Below, one piece after another: positions 1 through 10,957 of a DNA stretch of 64,000 nt (position 1 is its first letter; each line of letters opens with the position of its first letter). A program made the translations under genes and the position numbers. The notes beneath the pieces were generated by a model that had not been told where the DNA came from, did not search any database, and worked only from the letters and a program-made list of their open reading frames with translations. The stretch spans positions 830,192 through 894,191 of the forward strand of contig CAVWEP010000002.1 of the NCBI GenBank assembly GCA_963754185.1, in the 5' to 3' direction. The DNA is from an uncultured Bacillaceae bacterium. Its GTDB lineage: Bacteria; Bacillota; Bacilli; Bacillales; DSM-1321.

Positions 1-27
1 CATTAATTTCTTACTATCCATCTTCAT
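1..27 (-). CDS. ytpQ: 5' end of probable YtpQ/DUF1444 protein (runs off window)
   Basis: Reads MKMDSKKLM directly after ytpP. Resembles the B. subtilis YtpQ N-terminus and fits synteny; only 9 codons are visible. Confidence 0.45.
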
Positions 28-35
28 ACGTTACA

Positions 36-347
36 TTACAACCCTTGAATAAAGTCTTCAATTTCTTGTTGCGTTTTACGATCTTTACTTACAAATCGAC
101 CTAGTTCTTTTCCGTTTTCATAGGCGATAAAGCTTGGAATTCCAAATACATCATTTGCCACACATACATCAATAAATTGATCACGATCTACCTTTACAAA
201 CGTAAACTCTGGGAATTTCGCTTCAATTTCAGGTAAAACTGGATCGATGAAACGGCAATCCCCACACCAATTAGCTGAAAAAAGAAAAAGATGCTTCTCT
301 TCATTTTTTAACGTTTCATATTGTTCTACTGATTGTAACTCTTGCAT
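36..347 (-). CDS. ytpP: Thioredoxin-like protein
   Basis: WCGDC active site and thioredoxin-length ORF. ATG at 347 is preceded by a GGAGGG RBS. Confidence 0.9.
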   Translation of the reverse strand: MQELQSVEQYETLKNEEKHLFLFSANWCGDCRFIDPVLPEIEAKFPEFTFVKVDRDQFIDVCVANDVFGIPSFIAYENGKELGRFVSKDRKTQQEIEDFIQGL

Positions 348-446
348 ACTAAATCCCTCCGTCATTATAGATTCATTTTTTCACATTCATCGTATCAAAC
401 TCTTTATCATTGGGCTATTTTTTTAATTGATGATCGACATTCTTCC

Positions 447-1520
447 TCAGCCATTATGTTTAATGGTTTCAAATGTAGTTTTATCACAAGCACGCACCAA
501 TTTACCAATCAATTCACGAGCTGCGGCATAATCATCTACATGCATAATGGAAGCATGTGTATGAATATAACGCGCACAAATTCCGATAACTGAACTTGGA
601 ATCCCTTCGTTAGCAATATGTACCTTCCCTGCATCCGTACCACCTTGCGATACATAGTATTGATACGGAATATGGTGAGTTTCCGCTGTATCCAAAATAA
701 ATTCTCTCATGCCGCGATGAGTAACCATCGAACGATCAAGAATACGAAGCAATGCTCCTTTGCCAAGTTGACCAAATTCTGTTTTCTTTCCTGAAGCGTC
801 ATTCGCAGGGCTTGCATCTAAAGCAAAGAAAAGATCCGGTTTAATCATGAACGATGCTGTTTGAGCGCCACGTAAACCTACTTCCTCTTGAACAGTAGCA
901 CCTGAATAAAGGATATTGGGTAATGTTTCTCCTTGTAAATCCTTTAACAATTCAATCGCTAACCCACAACCATAACGATTATCCCATGCTTTCGCCAATA
1001 TTTTTTTCTCATTAGCCATTGGTGTAAATGGACAAACAGGTACAATTTGCAGACCAGGCTTAACGCCAATTCGCTTTGCATCCTCTTCATCATCTGCACC
1101 AATATCAATAAGCATATTTTTAATATCCATCGGTTTTGAACGCAATGATTCGTCAAGTAAATGAGGAGGAATGGAGCCAATGACCCCAATAACAGGACCA
1201 TGATCCGTAATAATTTCTACCCGTTGCGCCATCAATACTTGACTCCACCAACCACCTAATGGTTGAAAACGAATCATGCCATTTTCAGTAATGGATGTGA
1301 CCATAAAGCCTACTTCGTCCATATGTCCAGCAACCATTACAGTAGGGCCTTCCTCGTTTCCTTTTTTCACACCAAATATACTTCCAAGACGATCTTGAAC
1401 CATTTCATCTGCATACTTTTCTAGCTCTGTACGCATAAAAGCACGAACAGCATGCTCATTCCCTGCCGTACCAGGCAGTTCTGTTAATGTTTTAAATAAC
1501 GACAGTGTATCTTCATTCAT
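447..1520 (-). CDS. ytoP: M42 family aminopeptidase
   Basis: [23 protein letters not shown] and GGTDAG motifs; fits synteny. Confidence 0.93.
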   Translation of the reverse strand: MNEDTLSLFKTLTELPGTAGNEHAVRAFMRTELEKYADEMVQDRLGSIFGVKKGNEEGPTVMVAGHMDEVGFMVTSITENGMIRFQPLGGWWSQVLMAQRVEIITDHGPVIGVIGSIPPHLLDESLRSKPMDIKNMLIDIGADDEEDAKRIGVKPGLQIVPVCPFTPMANEKKILAKAWDNRYGCGLAIELLKDLQGETLPNILYSGATVQEEVGLRGAQTASFMIKPDLFFALDASPANDASGKKTEFGQLGKGALLRILDRSMVTHRGMREFILDTAETHHIPYQYYVSQGGTDAGKVHIANEGIPSSVIGICARYIHTHASIMHVDDYAAARELIGKLVRACDKTTFETIKHNG

Positions 1521-1684
1521 TTGTCATGCCCCCTAACTCAAAATTAACCGGCAGTTTCACTGATCTTCTTCTATATTTTACAGAAATATATTAAAACTTA
1601 CCATCAAGCAGGCTTTTCCTTTTGGATGAATAGGCAGGATATTGAATATTATGTATACTAAAAGAAAAGCATCGGGGGTAGATT

Positions 1685-2002
1685 ATGAATTGGAAAAGCT
1701 TTTTACTTGGTGCTGCTGTAGGATTTACTGCGGCCATTGTGACAAAAGAATTACTTGATCCATTAGGCAAGCCTTCTCCAGAGAAAGTATTAGCTGATGT
1801 AAAGGAATATGTTAAGAAAAATGGCAAGATTTCTGGTTCATGGATTGTTATGAAGCCGGAAGTATATGAAAAAAATGAATTAACCTATGAGGTGTATCGA
1901 GGTGGCGTTACGCGAAATTCCGACGGCAAACGCGAACAATTTGAATTTGTGGCTGATAGTAAAACAGGAGCCCTATTAGAATTAGATTTACACGATGCTT
2001 AA
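1685..2002 (+). CDS. ytzB: PepSY-domain protein YtzB-like
   Basis: N-terminal hydrophobic helix and EF(VA)D.KTG.(L)L C-terminal PepSY motif; divergent from ytoP as in B. subtilis. Confidence 0.8.
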   Translation: MNWKSFLLGAAVGFTAAIVTKELLDPLGKPSPEKVLADVKEYVKKNGKISGSWIVMKPEVYEKNELTYEVYRGGVTRNSDGKREQFEFVADSKTGALLELDLHDA

Positions 2003-2058
2003 TTGAGTTATTTTAAAAGGCTTTGATGTTATCTCATTTTATTTGGAGTGAAATTAGA

Positions 2059-2211
2059 ATGGATCAATATGTTGGTGGATGGGGAACGCTCGCACTCATT
2101 AATGCAGGATTAGCCCAAGGGAAAAATCGAACCGGACTAAATTGTTTTTTATTATCCCTACTCCTTGGACCACTTGCAACAGTACTTTTATTGTTTTCAG
2201 AAAAAAGATAG
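2059..2211 (+). CDS. Small (50 aa) two-helix membrane protein of unknown function
   Basis: GGAGTG RBS then ATG at 2059; sequence GWGTLALINAGLAQGKNR...FLLSLLLGPLATVLL. Confidence 0.7.
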   Translation: MDQYVGGWGTLALINAGLAQGKNRTGLNCFLLSLLLGPLATVLLLFSEKR

Positions 2212-2260
2212 CAAAAAAGCAGTGCCTCTCCCAAACAGATTAGCACTGCTTTTCCTATTA

Positions 2261-3109
2261 TTAACCTCTCACACACTTCACTTCAGCCACAATTTCTTTT
2301 CCTGTTTCATCCCACTGAATCGCACGGTAGTAAGCATCATGATAGAAGCTGTACCATACGCCGTTTTCCAATCCGTACTTCATCCATTTTTCTTTTGCAA
2401 AAATAGAGGTCATTGGATAATCGTCATACGCCATCACCCATAGTACATTGGAATGAGCATGGGTTGGCATAATGTCTGCCATATGAATTAGATGTTCACC
2501 ACCATTTTCAATGAGAATGATACAATGACCATCACTATGGCCACCTGTATGAATCATTTTTACACCTGCTGTTATTTCTTTTTCTCCTTCAAATGGACGA
2601 ACTTGATCTTGGATTGGCTCCCAGTTTTCGCGCCAATATGTACTTTTTGAACGAATATTAGGATTTCTCATTTCATCCCATTCAATTTGTGAAGTAATAA
2701 TTTCAGCGCGCTCAAATATAGACATCCGTTGATTATTGACAAGTTTCGTTAAGCCACTTACATGATCAAAATGCAAATGAGTCATTAAAATGTAATCGAT
2801 ATCATTTGGAGTTAGGTTCAGCTTGGCCAAATCTTCCACAAGCCTCGATTCTTCGGTAACGCCATAATTCCTCTTTTGTTTATCAGTGAATTTCCCACTC
2901 CCAATTCCTGAATCAATCAACATGTTCAGTCCATTTGCCTGAATGAGAATAGGATCATTTCGCATTTCAATTTGGTTATTTTCATTAGATGGATATTTTC
3001 GTGACCAAAGCGGTTTTGGTACAACACCAAACATCGCTCCGCCATCTAAACTAGTTCCCCCACCGTTTAACCATGTAAGCTTGATTTCGCCGATTTGTAA
3101 ATTTTCCAT
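2261..3109 (-). CDS. ytnP: Metallo-beta-lactamase-fold hydrolase, YtnP / AHL-lactonase-like
   Basis: THLHFDH (HxHxDH), GHSDGH and [15 protein letters not shown] motifs. Start MENLQ follows a GAGGAGG RBS. Confidence 0.9.
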   Translation of the reverse strand: MENLQIGEIKLTWLNGGGTSLDGGAMFGVVPKPLWSRKYPSNENNQIEMRNDPILIQANGLNMLIDSGIGSGKFTDKQKRNYGVTEESRLVEDLAKLNLTPNDIDYILMTHLHFDHVSGLTKLVNNQRMSIFERAEIITSQIEWDEMRNPNIRSKSTYWRENWEPIQDQVRPFEGEKEITAGVKMIHTGGHSDGHCIILIENGGEHLIHMADIMPTHAHSNVLWVMAYDDYPMTSIFAKEKWMKYGLENGVWYSFYHDAYYRAIQWDETGKEIVAEVKCVRG

Positions 3110-3241
3110 TTTACCCCTCCTCATCAATAGTTTAACATTCACTTCCTCACTTGTAACCAGCTATCTTTTTTAGAAATTAGAGAATAAAAACACGATATTT
3201 TCCCCCATGATAAAGAGAACGAACAAAAGGAGGTGCTTGTT

Positions 3242-3397
3242 TTGAAGCGAAAAGCAAATGTCGATGGAGCAGTAAAGGCAAGTAAAACACCGAAACGCAA
3301 TCAAGCAGAAAATGAATTTGCTAATGAATTTGCAGCTGGAGAAAATGTAATGAAGGGCGCTAATCGAAATTCGAAAAAAGGACGTCAAGGAAATTAA
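3242..3397 (+). CDS. Unannotated 51-aa basic hydrophilic small protein
   Basis: AGGAGGTG RBS, TTG start, MKRKANVDGAVKASKTPKRNQAENEFANEFAAGENVMKGANRNSKKGRQGN*, then a terminator. Too short for the ORF track. Confidence 0.75.
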   Translation: MKRKANVDGAVKASKTPKRNQAENEFANEFAAGENVMKGANRNSKKGRQGN

Positions 3398-3432
3398 AAA
3401 AAGCGGAAGGCCCCAGTGCCTTCCGCTTTTCT
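3398..3432. terminator. Bidirectional intrinsic terminator between the small ORF and trmB
   Basis: AAAAAGCGGAAGGC-cccagt-GCCTTCCGCTTTT hairpin flanked by A and T runs. Confidence 0.85.
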
Positions 3433-4073
3433 CATGATTGGAATCTAGCTTCTAATCGATAAATTCGATTGCCTTGGCTTGAAAATTTCTCTTCGTATTC
3501 TGTCATAATATTTCCTTCAAAGTCACTGTTATGCAAGTCCAGACTGACATAAGTAAGAAGCATGCCATACTCCGAAATACTCATTAATGATGACTCAAAC
3601 AACCCTTGGTTATCCGTTTTAAAATGTACTTCGCCATGTTTTGGTAAAACATCTTCATACGTGCTAAGAAATGTTTTATAGGTTAAACGACGTTTGGCAT
3701 GCCGTTTTTTCGGCCATGGATCAGAAAAGTTCAAATATACACGATCCACTTCACCTTTTTCAAAATAATCTCGTAAATGAGCAGCATTAACATTCATTAG
3801 TTTTAAATTTGGTAAATCATTTTCAATTAACAAATCAAGCGCTACGACAATTACACTGTTAAATAACTCAATACCAATAAAGTTCACATCTGGATGGGCT
3901 TTAGCCATTTCAGTAATAAAACGACCTTTCCCTGTCCCTACTTCAATATATAGTGGATTATTATTTCCAAATACTTCTTCCCATTTTCCTTTGTGGCTTT
4001 CTGGTTGCCCAATCACATATTGTGGAAATTCTTTAAGGCGCTCTTCAGCCCAAGGTTTATGTCTTAAACGCAT
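3432..4073 (-). CDS. trmB: tRNA (guanine-N7)-methyltransferase
   Basis: MRLRHKPW start; [24 protein letters not shown] and FKTDN motifs. Confidence 0.97.
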   Translation of the reverse strand: MRLRHKPWAEERLKEFPQYVIGQPESHKGKWEEVFGNNNPLYIEVGTGKGRFITEMAKAHPDVNFIGIELFNSVIVVALDLLIENDLPNLKLMNVNAAHLRDYFEKGEVDRVYLNFSDPWPKKRHAKRRLTYKTFLSTYEDVLPKHGEVHFKTDNQGLFESSLMSISEYGMLLTYVSLDLHNSDFEGNIMTEYEEKFSSQGNRIYRLEARFQS

Positions 4074-4230
4074 GATGACACCCCTACTATTAAATTTCAT
4101 GACCTTTAAAAAACTGCCGGCAATCGTGCTGACAGTTGTAAAATTTTTTACGTATATAACCTTTCAAGAATACACAAGCTAATCAAGAAAAGCAAACTCT
4201 CTCAAAAACTAAAGAAAAGAAGGTGAAGGT

Positions 4231-4509
4231 ATGCCACTTTCCCACGAGCATCAAATTTCATTATTAAAGGATATTCTAAGCAACCAACAAACAGATTGTT
4301 GTGGCTCAGTTGCCGAATATGAACAAGTCGAACGACTCGTAAAATCTCTAATGGTTAACACAAATATCAATGATGATGTGAAAGATGTTTTAACTGAGGT
4401 ATACAATTACAGTCATACTGGCCTAAGCGCTAAAGATTTAGAAGCTCATATCACATCTCATCAAGACCACTTAACACAGTGGGTTGATGGTATCGATCAA
4501 TTCAGCTGA
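4231..4509 (+). CDS. ytzH: YtzH-like protein
   Basis: MPLSHEHQISLLKDILSNQQTDCCGSVAEYEQ matches the YtzH family; fits synteny. Confidence 0.88.
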   Translation: MPLSHEHQISLLKDILSNQQTDCCGSVAEYEQVERLVKSLMVNTNINDDVKDVLTEVYNYSHTGLSAKDLEAHITSHQDHLTQWVDGIDQFS

Positions 4510-5304
4510 TTAACTTGCTAATATTTTAGCAAGTTTTTCAATTAGCCGATTTCTTTCTTTTAAACGATTTTTCGAGTGATACCACTCAATTAGGCTTAAT
4601 TCTTGTGAAATAGCATGCCACTTCATTCTCATCTCAAGACCGGCATCTAGCTTTGTACCATAGCGTTCAAGCCATTTCGCCCATTCCTCACGAGGAACAT
4701 ATGAGTATAAAAGCATACCCAAGTCAATTGCTGGATCAGCAATAACAGCTCCGTCCCAATCAATTAAAAATAGTTCATTCTCATCGGTTATGAGCCAATT
4801 ATTATGATGTACATCACAATGACATACAACAGTTTCATCACATTTTATTAATAAAAAATTCTCTTTCAAAAAAAGAAGTGCTTGATTGATTGTGGGGATT
4901 CTAACTAACTCGGTAGATAGTCCTGCATCCACTTGTGTAAATATACTTTCAGGTCTTAAAGGAGATTTACCAAGCCTTTTTAACATGCTAAGCAACGGTT
5001 CCGATTGATGAATTTTTTTTAGCATTTTTGCTACTCGATCCTCATTCATCTCAGATTGAAATAATTCTCTCCCTGGATGCCAATGCTGAGCGGTAATTAC
5101 GTCACCATTTTCCATACGTCTTGTCCACATTAATTTTGGGACAATTCCTTCTGCTGAGAGTACAGCAAGAAACGGAGATGAATTACGTTTTAGAAAAAGC
5201 CTTTGATCACCATTGACAGCAATAAAAGCCTCTCCTGTCGCACCTCCAGCAGGAACTATTTCCCACTCCTGACCTAATAAATCTTCCAACTGGTTCACCT
5301 TCAT
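4510..5304 (-). CDS. ytmP: Phosphotransferase, APH/choline-kinase-like
   Basis: PAGGATGEAF, CHCDVHHNNW and LIDWD motifs; fits synteny. Exact start uncertain. Confidence 0.9.
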   Translation of the reverse strand: MKVNQLEDLLGQEWEIVPAGGATGEAFIAVNGDQRLFLKRNSSPFLAVLSAEGIVPKLMWTRRMENGDVITAQHWHPGRELFQSEMNEDRVAKMLKKIHQSEPLLSMLKRLGKSPLRPESIFTQVDAGLSTELVRIPTINQALLFLKENFLLIKCDETVVCHCDVHHNNWLITDENELFLIDWDGAVIADPAIDLGMLLYSYVPREEWAKWLERYGTKLDAGLEMRMKWHAISQELSLIEWYHSKNRLKERNRLIEKLAKILAS

Positions 5305-5581
5305 TTTCCTCGCTTAATAGAAAAGCATTCATGCAGTAGCCACCAAGCTAGCACTAGTCTCTATATGTGTATTCGTTGAACAGTATTATTTCTCTATATA
5401 AACCGTACATACCATTTTTATCACAACTAATAAAAAATAAAAAAATAGCTATTGAGCAATTTTACAATAGCCACCAATTAAATTTTAGTTGATACCTTGT
5501 TTCTTCGTCAAGTAGTATAAAAGATTACCATTAGAATCCATCTCATAAATAATCTAATTATTGATTCAACAATAGAAAAAT

Positions 5582-6573
5582 CTATGATTGTTCTTCTCCA
5601 TCTACCGCTGTTGTATTTTCTAATTCCCACTCAATTCTTCTAATCGATGTTGTTTGGCAATAATCTAACAAAGCCTGTGCACTCTTTAATTGCTGATGCT
5701 TTAATGGTGATGAATTTTTGCGCATCTTCTCAAACCAACTTGGAAATGTACGTTTATCTAAAAGTTCAATATCGTATGGAGCTAGTTGATAATCGATATA
5801 CCCATTACGTGAAAGAACGACTTTTTTGATAGGCAAAGTCACTTCGTATAAGTCAAACACTTGCTTTACAATGTTACCCATTCGGTTAACAGATAAAAAA
5901 GGACTCAATACTTTTTTATCCGGATATTTATGATGTCTACGTACCCAAAATTTCTCGCTTGAACCAATAAAGGCTGCGTCTTCTTCAGCCTCTAAAAATG
6001 TAATACACCAAGCATCCGTAGGCGTAATAACAATAACATCTACTTCAACCGGAGCATTTTTTAAGCGAAACACCGGCCTATACATCACTAGAAAGGTATC
6101 CGGAAAACGCTGTAAAAAGAAACGTAGCTTTTCATCCAAAAAGAAAGTATCATCTATAAAAGACTTTTCATGAATGGTTGAACTACCCCATTTCATTTGA
6201 AAGCGAAGCAATTGATTTAAAAAAGTATATTTTAACTCCTCCAAACTAGCCGTTTCTGATGGAATATGTAACGAAAAAATATTATCTTCCTTTTTAGGAG
6301 TCTCTATTTCGAGGAGCTTCTTCCTCGTGTTTTCTGTGAAAGATTCCCTTCACTTTTTTGAAGATGCCTCTTTTTTTCTTCTTTATATATAGATTCGTCA
6401 ATTAACTGAGTTTCGTAAGATTGACTAAATAATTGCTCTATTTCTCCACTGAGATAAGCAGCTTTTAGCTTATCCCATTGTTGCTTTTTTAATTTAATAA
6501 ATTGTGACGGATACCGATAAATATCCTGCTCATAACGCGAAACATAATCTTGTAGTTTTATGAGCTGTGCCAT
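5582..6573 (-). CDS. ytlQ: NERD-domain protein YtlQ, frameshifted near 6300-6375 in this sequence
   Basis: The fragments [15 protein letters not shown]... and ...[13 protein letters not shown]...FLQRFPDTF are consecutive halves of YtlQ. Confidence 0.85.
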
Positions 6574-6589
6574 CTGCCACACCACCAGA

Positions 6590-7144
6590 CTATTGTAATT
6601 TTATCGAAAAAATTGGTTCATACGACGGCGCTGCCCCAATATGTGTTTGATACATTGTAATGTGAGATGCCAGAAAACTCTTCTGTTTGAATGCTACAAA
6701 ATCAGCAGCTTTTTCAAAGGAAAAGTCGGACTCACCTATATATTTTCTAGCCATTGTAATATGAGGCTTAAACGGCTTAGGATCTAGCGTAAATCCTGCA
6801 TCTAGACAAGCTTGATATACTTTAGCTTGTACCTTAAAAAGTCTTTGCTGGAATGCCACACCTGCCCATAGTATGCGCGGTTGCTCCATTCTTCCAAAAA
6901 CACCTATTGTATCAAGAGATAGCTCGAATGCCGTTTCATTCTCCAGCGCTGTTTGAACCAATTTTACGGCTTTTTTTCGCATTGCTTCGGAAGCATCTCC
7001 TAAAAAAGCCATTGTAATATGATAATCGGCAGGATGTAGCCATTTCTTAAATGGAAAGGCAAATTTTAATTTTTCTATCCCAGCATGAAGTTCTTCTTTA
7101 ATTTCATCTGGCAACGTTAAAGCAAAGAAAAAATGAGTATTCAT
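6590..7144 (-). CDS. ytlP: 2H phosphoesterase / RNA 2',3'-cyclic phosphodiesterase
   Basis: Two HxT motifs (YHITMAF, PHITMAR). Confidence 0.9.
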   Translation of the reverse strand: MNTHFFFALTLPDEIKEELHAGIEKLKFAFPFKKWLHPADYHITMAFLGDASEAMRKKAVKLVQTALENETAFELSLDTIGVFGRMEQPRILWAGVAFQQRLFKVQAKVYQACLDAGFTLDPKPFKPHITMARKYIGESDFSFEKAADFVAFKQKSFLASHITMYQTHIGAAPSYEPIFSIKLQ

Positions 7145-7333
7145 TCATAAGCGCTTCCTTTCTACCTGTTCTATTTTAACATATATAGACAAATATCATA
7201 GGCGTTTTCACCCATTAGATATTGAATGGTACATCTATTCTTAGCTTAAACAAAAATGTTTATTTAGAAACTTTTTTGTACGTTAATCTAAAAGAACCCT
7301 CTGCCTAGTGACAGAAGATTCTTTTGATTAACC

Positions 7334-8185
7334 TTAAAGTTTACCGCATTGTCTTTCGATTTCTTCACGGAAAAGAGTTTGCAACTTCCTTGTGATAGAA
7401 CCAACTTCACCATTCGCAATGACCTTTCCATCAATTTTCAAAATTGGCGTCAATTCCACAGTAGTACTTGTATAAAATACTTCGTCTGCGGCAAGCATTT
7501 CTTCCACTGTAAAAGCTTCTTCTACGTAGGGAATACCATTTGCTTTACATAGCTGAAGCACTACTTGACGAGTTATACCATTTAAAATGAAATGATTTGC
7601 AGGATGAGTTTTCAACGTTCCACCAACAACGATGGCTACATTAGATGAACTACCTTCTGTCACTGTACCATTGCGATGCTGTATTGCTCCACTGCAACCT
7701 GCCTCAATCGCTTGCTGCTTAGCAAGAATATTACCAAGTAAATTTAAGCTTTTAATATTACAGCGTAACCACCTTACATCTTCAGTAGTGATGGCATTAG
7801 TACCAGGCTTCTCTTCACCGGCATAAGGCAATTCTTTCGTATAGGCGACGAGCACTGGATCTACTTCTTCAGTGGGAAAAGCATGATTGCGTATCGATAC
7901 CCCTCTCGTTAATTGCATATAAACGGTGCCGAATTTCAATTGATCTTTAGCAATAAGTTCTTCAACTTTAGCCTGTAGTTTTTTCACGGTAAAAGGCGTT
8001 TTGATTGCCAGTAACCTTGTGCTTTCTACCAATCGATTGAAATGCATCTCAGCCGTAAATAACTTACCATTATATACTCGAAACACTTCGTACACACCAT
8101 CACCAAATTGATAACCACGATCTTCTATATCAATATATATATCTGAACGATTCATAATTTCACCATTAAAAATGATGTTCCCCAT
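7334..8185 (-). CDS. dat: D-amino-acid aminotransferase
   Basis: EDRGYQFGDGVYEV, RWLRCNIKSLNLL (PLP lysine), EGSSSN and ILNGITR motifs. Confidence 0.93.
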   Translation of the reverse strand: MGNIIFNGEIMNRSDIYIDIEDRGYQFGDGVYEVFRVYNGKLFTAEMHFNRLVESTRLLAIKTPFTVKKLQAKVEELIAKDQLKFGTVYMQLTRGVSIRNHAFPTEEVDPVLVAYTKELPYAGEEKPGTNAITTEDVRWLRCNIKSLNLLGNILAKQQAIEAGCSGAIQHRNGTVTEGSSSNVAIVVGGTLKTHPANHFILNGITRQVVLQLCKANGIPYVEEAFTVEEMLAADEVFYTSTTVELTPILKIDGKVIANGEVGSITRKLQTLFREEIERQCGKL

Positions 8186-8275
8186 TTTCTTCCCTCCCTG
8201 CCATTTCAACAAACTGAATTGGATTTCTCTTTATCTCGATTTAAATAACTATCAGCGGTGGATGGAAGGTTCACT

Positions 8276-9686
8276 TTATCTAGCCAATTCATAAATCGCC
8301 TGTGCATAAATCGCAGCGGCCTTTAACAGATCCTCAATCTCCATATATTCATCTTTTTGATGGGCAATATCTTCTCTGCCTGGGAATAGTGGTCCAAATG
8401 CAACCCCTTCCTTCAACGAACGAGCATATGTGCCACCACCGATTGACAGCAATTCTGCTTTTTCACCTGTTGCTTCCTCATACACTTTTTGTAAGGTTTG
8501 AATTAAGAAGCTGTCCTTATCAACATGGTGAGGTGCAGAATTGGAGAAAGACTCTAATTGTAGCTGTAACTTCGCTACATTCGCTGTTAATGTTTCTTTC
8601 CCCTGCTCCCAATCATATGTAACAGGGTAGCGCATCGTAAATCCAACGCTGCTATCTGCTGGTTTAGCATAACGAAGCTTACCAGCATTTAAAGTTAACT
8701 CACCTGTAATCTCATCTTGATACGCTACACCTAATTTATTCCCTCGTGAATCCCCAAATAAATAATCACGAATGAATGTAAAGTATGTAGTTGCATGAGA
8801 GTCTAAATCCAAATCGGCTAAAAATGAACCCAAATAAAGTCCAGCATTGACTCCATTATTCGGCTCCATTCCGTGGGCAGATACCCCTTCAAGCTCCAAA
8901 ATAACCATCGTATGTGAGATTTCCGCTTTTCCTGTTAGCGAATGTTTTTGTAAAAATTGCTCATACGCCTCCGTTACTTCCGCTGCTTTTTCTGTTTCCA
9001 CTTTTGCTACCGCGTAATCAGGTACCATATTCATTCGACGCCCTGAAGAAAATTCCACCACATTCACCGCTGCCTGCTCAACTTGATTCTGCAGGAGCTT
9101 GAACAATTGCAAAATCCCAAATTCCTTTTTCGGCATTAATAATAGGAAAATCAGCATCGGGAGCAAAGCCTACTGTCGGCATTTCCTCTACTTCAAAATA
9201 ATGATTCACACAACGCCAATTTGATTCCTCGTCGGTTCCAATAATCATCCGCACGCGTTTATTGAGGGAGAGGCCTAACTCTTTGATTACCTTCATTGCA
9301 TAATAAGCAGCCATTGTTGGACCTTTATCGTCAATGGCTCCACGTGCGAAGATTTTTCCATCACGGATTTCGGCACCATATGGGTCTGAACTCCAGCCAT
9401 CTCCTTCCGGTACAACGTCAACATGACATAAAATGCCAAGCAATTCTTCGCCTTCCCCCATCTCAATATGCCCAGCTACATGATCTACATTTTTCACCGT
9501 AAAACCATCTTTTTCCCCTAAATTTAGCATATACTCTAATGCTTCCTTGACTCCAACGCCAAATGGAGCGGTATCTGTTTGATTTTCCTCATCAAGCACA
9601 CTTTTAATTTTCAATAAACTTTGTGTATCGGCAAGTAAATCTTGTTTACGATTTTCTATTTCCAATTGCCAATTGATTTTATTCAA
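8276..9686 (-). CDS. pepV: Dipeptidase PepV (M20), frameshifted near 9080-9165
   Basis: CHVDVVP, RGAIDDKGP, GTDEES, GGGTYAR and AHQKDEY motifs, split over two frames. Confidence 0.92.
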
Positions 9687-9808
9687 AGGTCTACACTCCT
9701 CACTTATATTCGCTTCTATTTTAGTTTAGCACAGCCTTTTAACCAATCCAAAAACTGCTCCCTTTTGTAAAGGCTATCCTATTACTTGCATAACGAACAT
9801 AAAATCAT

Positions 9809-9906
9809 GCATTAGAAAAACACGACTTATCGCCCCAATGGCGAAAGTCGATGTCGCATCTTTACTATCGTCCATTAGATATAAATTCTGATAGTATAAA
9901 AAAACA
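9809..9906. repeat. Dispersed two-hairpin intergenic repeat, copy 1
   Basis: Identical to 57515-57613 except for an 8-9 nt linker between the hairpins. Confidence 0.9.
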
Positions 9907-9928
9907 CTTCACCATAATGAAGTGTTTT
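9901..9928 (-). terminator. Intrinsic terminator of the signal peptidase gene
   Basis: AAAACACTTCA-ccataa-TGAAGTGTTTT hairpin with an adjoining A run (U tail on the minus strand). Confidence 0.8.
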
Positions 9929-9933
9929 CGAGC

Positions 9934-10482
9934 CTATTTTACAAATTTAATTTCATTTACTGGCCAGTATACAAAGTTTGCTTTTCCGACGATTTCTTCA
10001 ACAGGAATCGTACCAATTTCGCGGCTATCTAAACTATTTTGACGATTATCGCCCATTAAGAATAATTGGTTATCAGGAACTGTAGCGCTACCCGTTACCT
10101 CTTCAAGCGTAAAATCTCCGGTCAATGGCGCTCCACCCATCTCAGCCTTATACTCTTCTAAATAAGGTTCATCATATTTTTTCCCGTTAATATATAACGT
10201 ATCATTTTTGTATTCAATATGATCCCCAGGCAAACCAATTACACGTTTAATATAATCTCTTTCCTCCGTTGCATGAAAAACAACTACATCAAATCGGTCG
10301 ATACTATCAATATCCGTACCAAACTTATTTAAAATAATTCGCTCATGGTCCAACAAAGTCGGCATCATTGATTCGCCATCAACAACAATTGGCGTAAAAA
10401 TATATGTACGAATTAAGAAAGCCAAAATAACAGCAATAATAATTGCTTTCACCCACGAAAAAAATTCTTTAGATTTCTCCAA
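9934..10482 (-). CDS. lepB: Signal peptidase I (SipS/LepB family)
   Basis: GESMMPTL (catalytic Ser), YIKRVIGLPGD (Lys) and GDNRQNSLDSR motifs; single N-terminal TM helix. Confidence 0.95.
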   Translation of the reverse strand: MEKSKEFFSWVKAIIIAVILAFLIRTYIFTPIVVDGESMMPTLLDHERIILNKFGTDIDSIDRFDVVVFHATEERDYIKRVIGLPGDHIEYKNDTLYINGKKYDEPYLEEYKAEMGGAPLTGDFTLEEVTGSATVPDNQLFLMGDNRQNSLDSREIGTIPVEEIVGKANFVYWPVNEIKFVK

Positions 10483-10568
10483 GCCCTGTCCCTCTCTCTT
10501 CTTAAATTTCTTTAGTCATTATATCATATTTGTATACACTCAGTGATACTATGAATCATAAAGAAAAC

Positions 10569-10950
10569 GTGAATACTCCCCCACTTAAATTCTAACAAAT
10601 TTTGAAGCGAGGGCTTCTTTCCTGTTTCTACCTTCATTGCTCATTGTGACGTCACAAAAAGTCTTACAAAAAGTCCACAGGCGTATTTTTTATACTGGTT
10701 CGGAAAAGACCAATCCTACCAGTTTCCGTTTTTATTTAAACAGGGATAAACATTTGCTCGAGCCCTTTGTTTTTAATGTTGATAACGCTTTTCGACTCCA
10801 AATTGAGGAAATGTAATAGAGTGATAATCCTTTTATTTTTTAAGTTTCGGAAAACGATTTTGACCTTTAAAAAAGCGTTTATACGCATCCATCGGATAGA
10901 TGGCGGTTTTCTCGACTGAAATGATAAAAAGTTTATTCATCATCCTCGAC
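10569..10950 (-). mobile_element. Internally deleted IS200/IS605 element: tnpB fragment plus right end/omegaRNA scaffold
   Basis: 10803-10889 reads DAYKRFFKGQNRFPKLKK*KDYHSITFPQ, a TnpB-type motif with an in-frame stop. It is followed by GCCTGTGGA...GTAAGAC...GAAACAGGAAAGAAGCCCTCGCTTCAA...AAGTGGGGGAGTATTCAC, a typical right end. Left boundary uncertain. Confidence 0.8.
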
Positions 10951-10957
10951 TGTTTGA

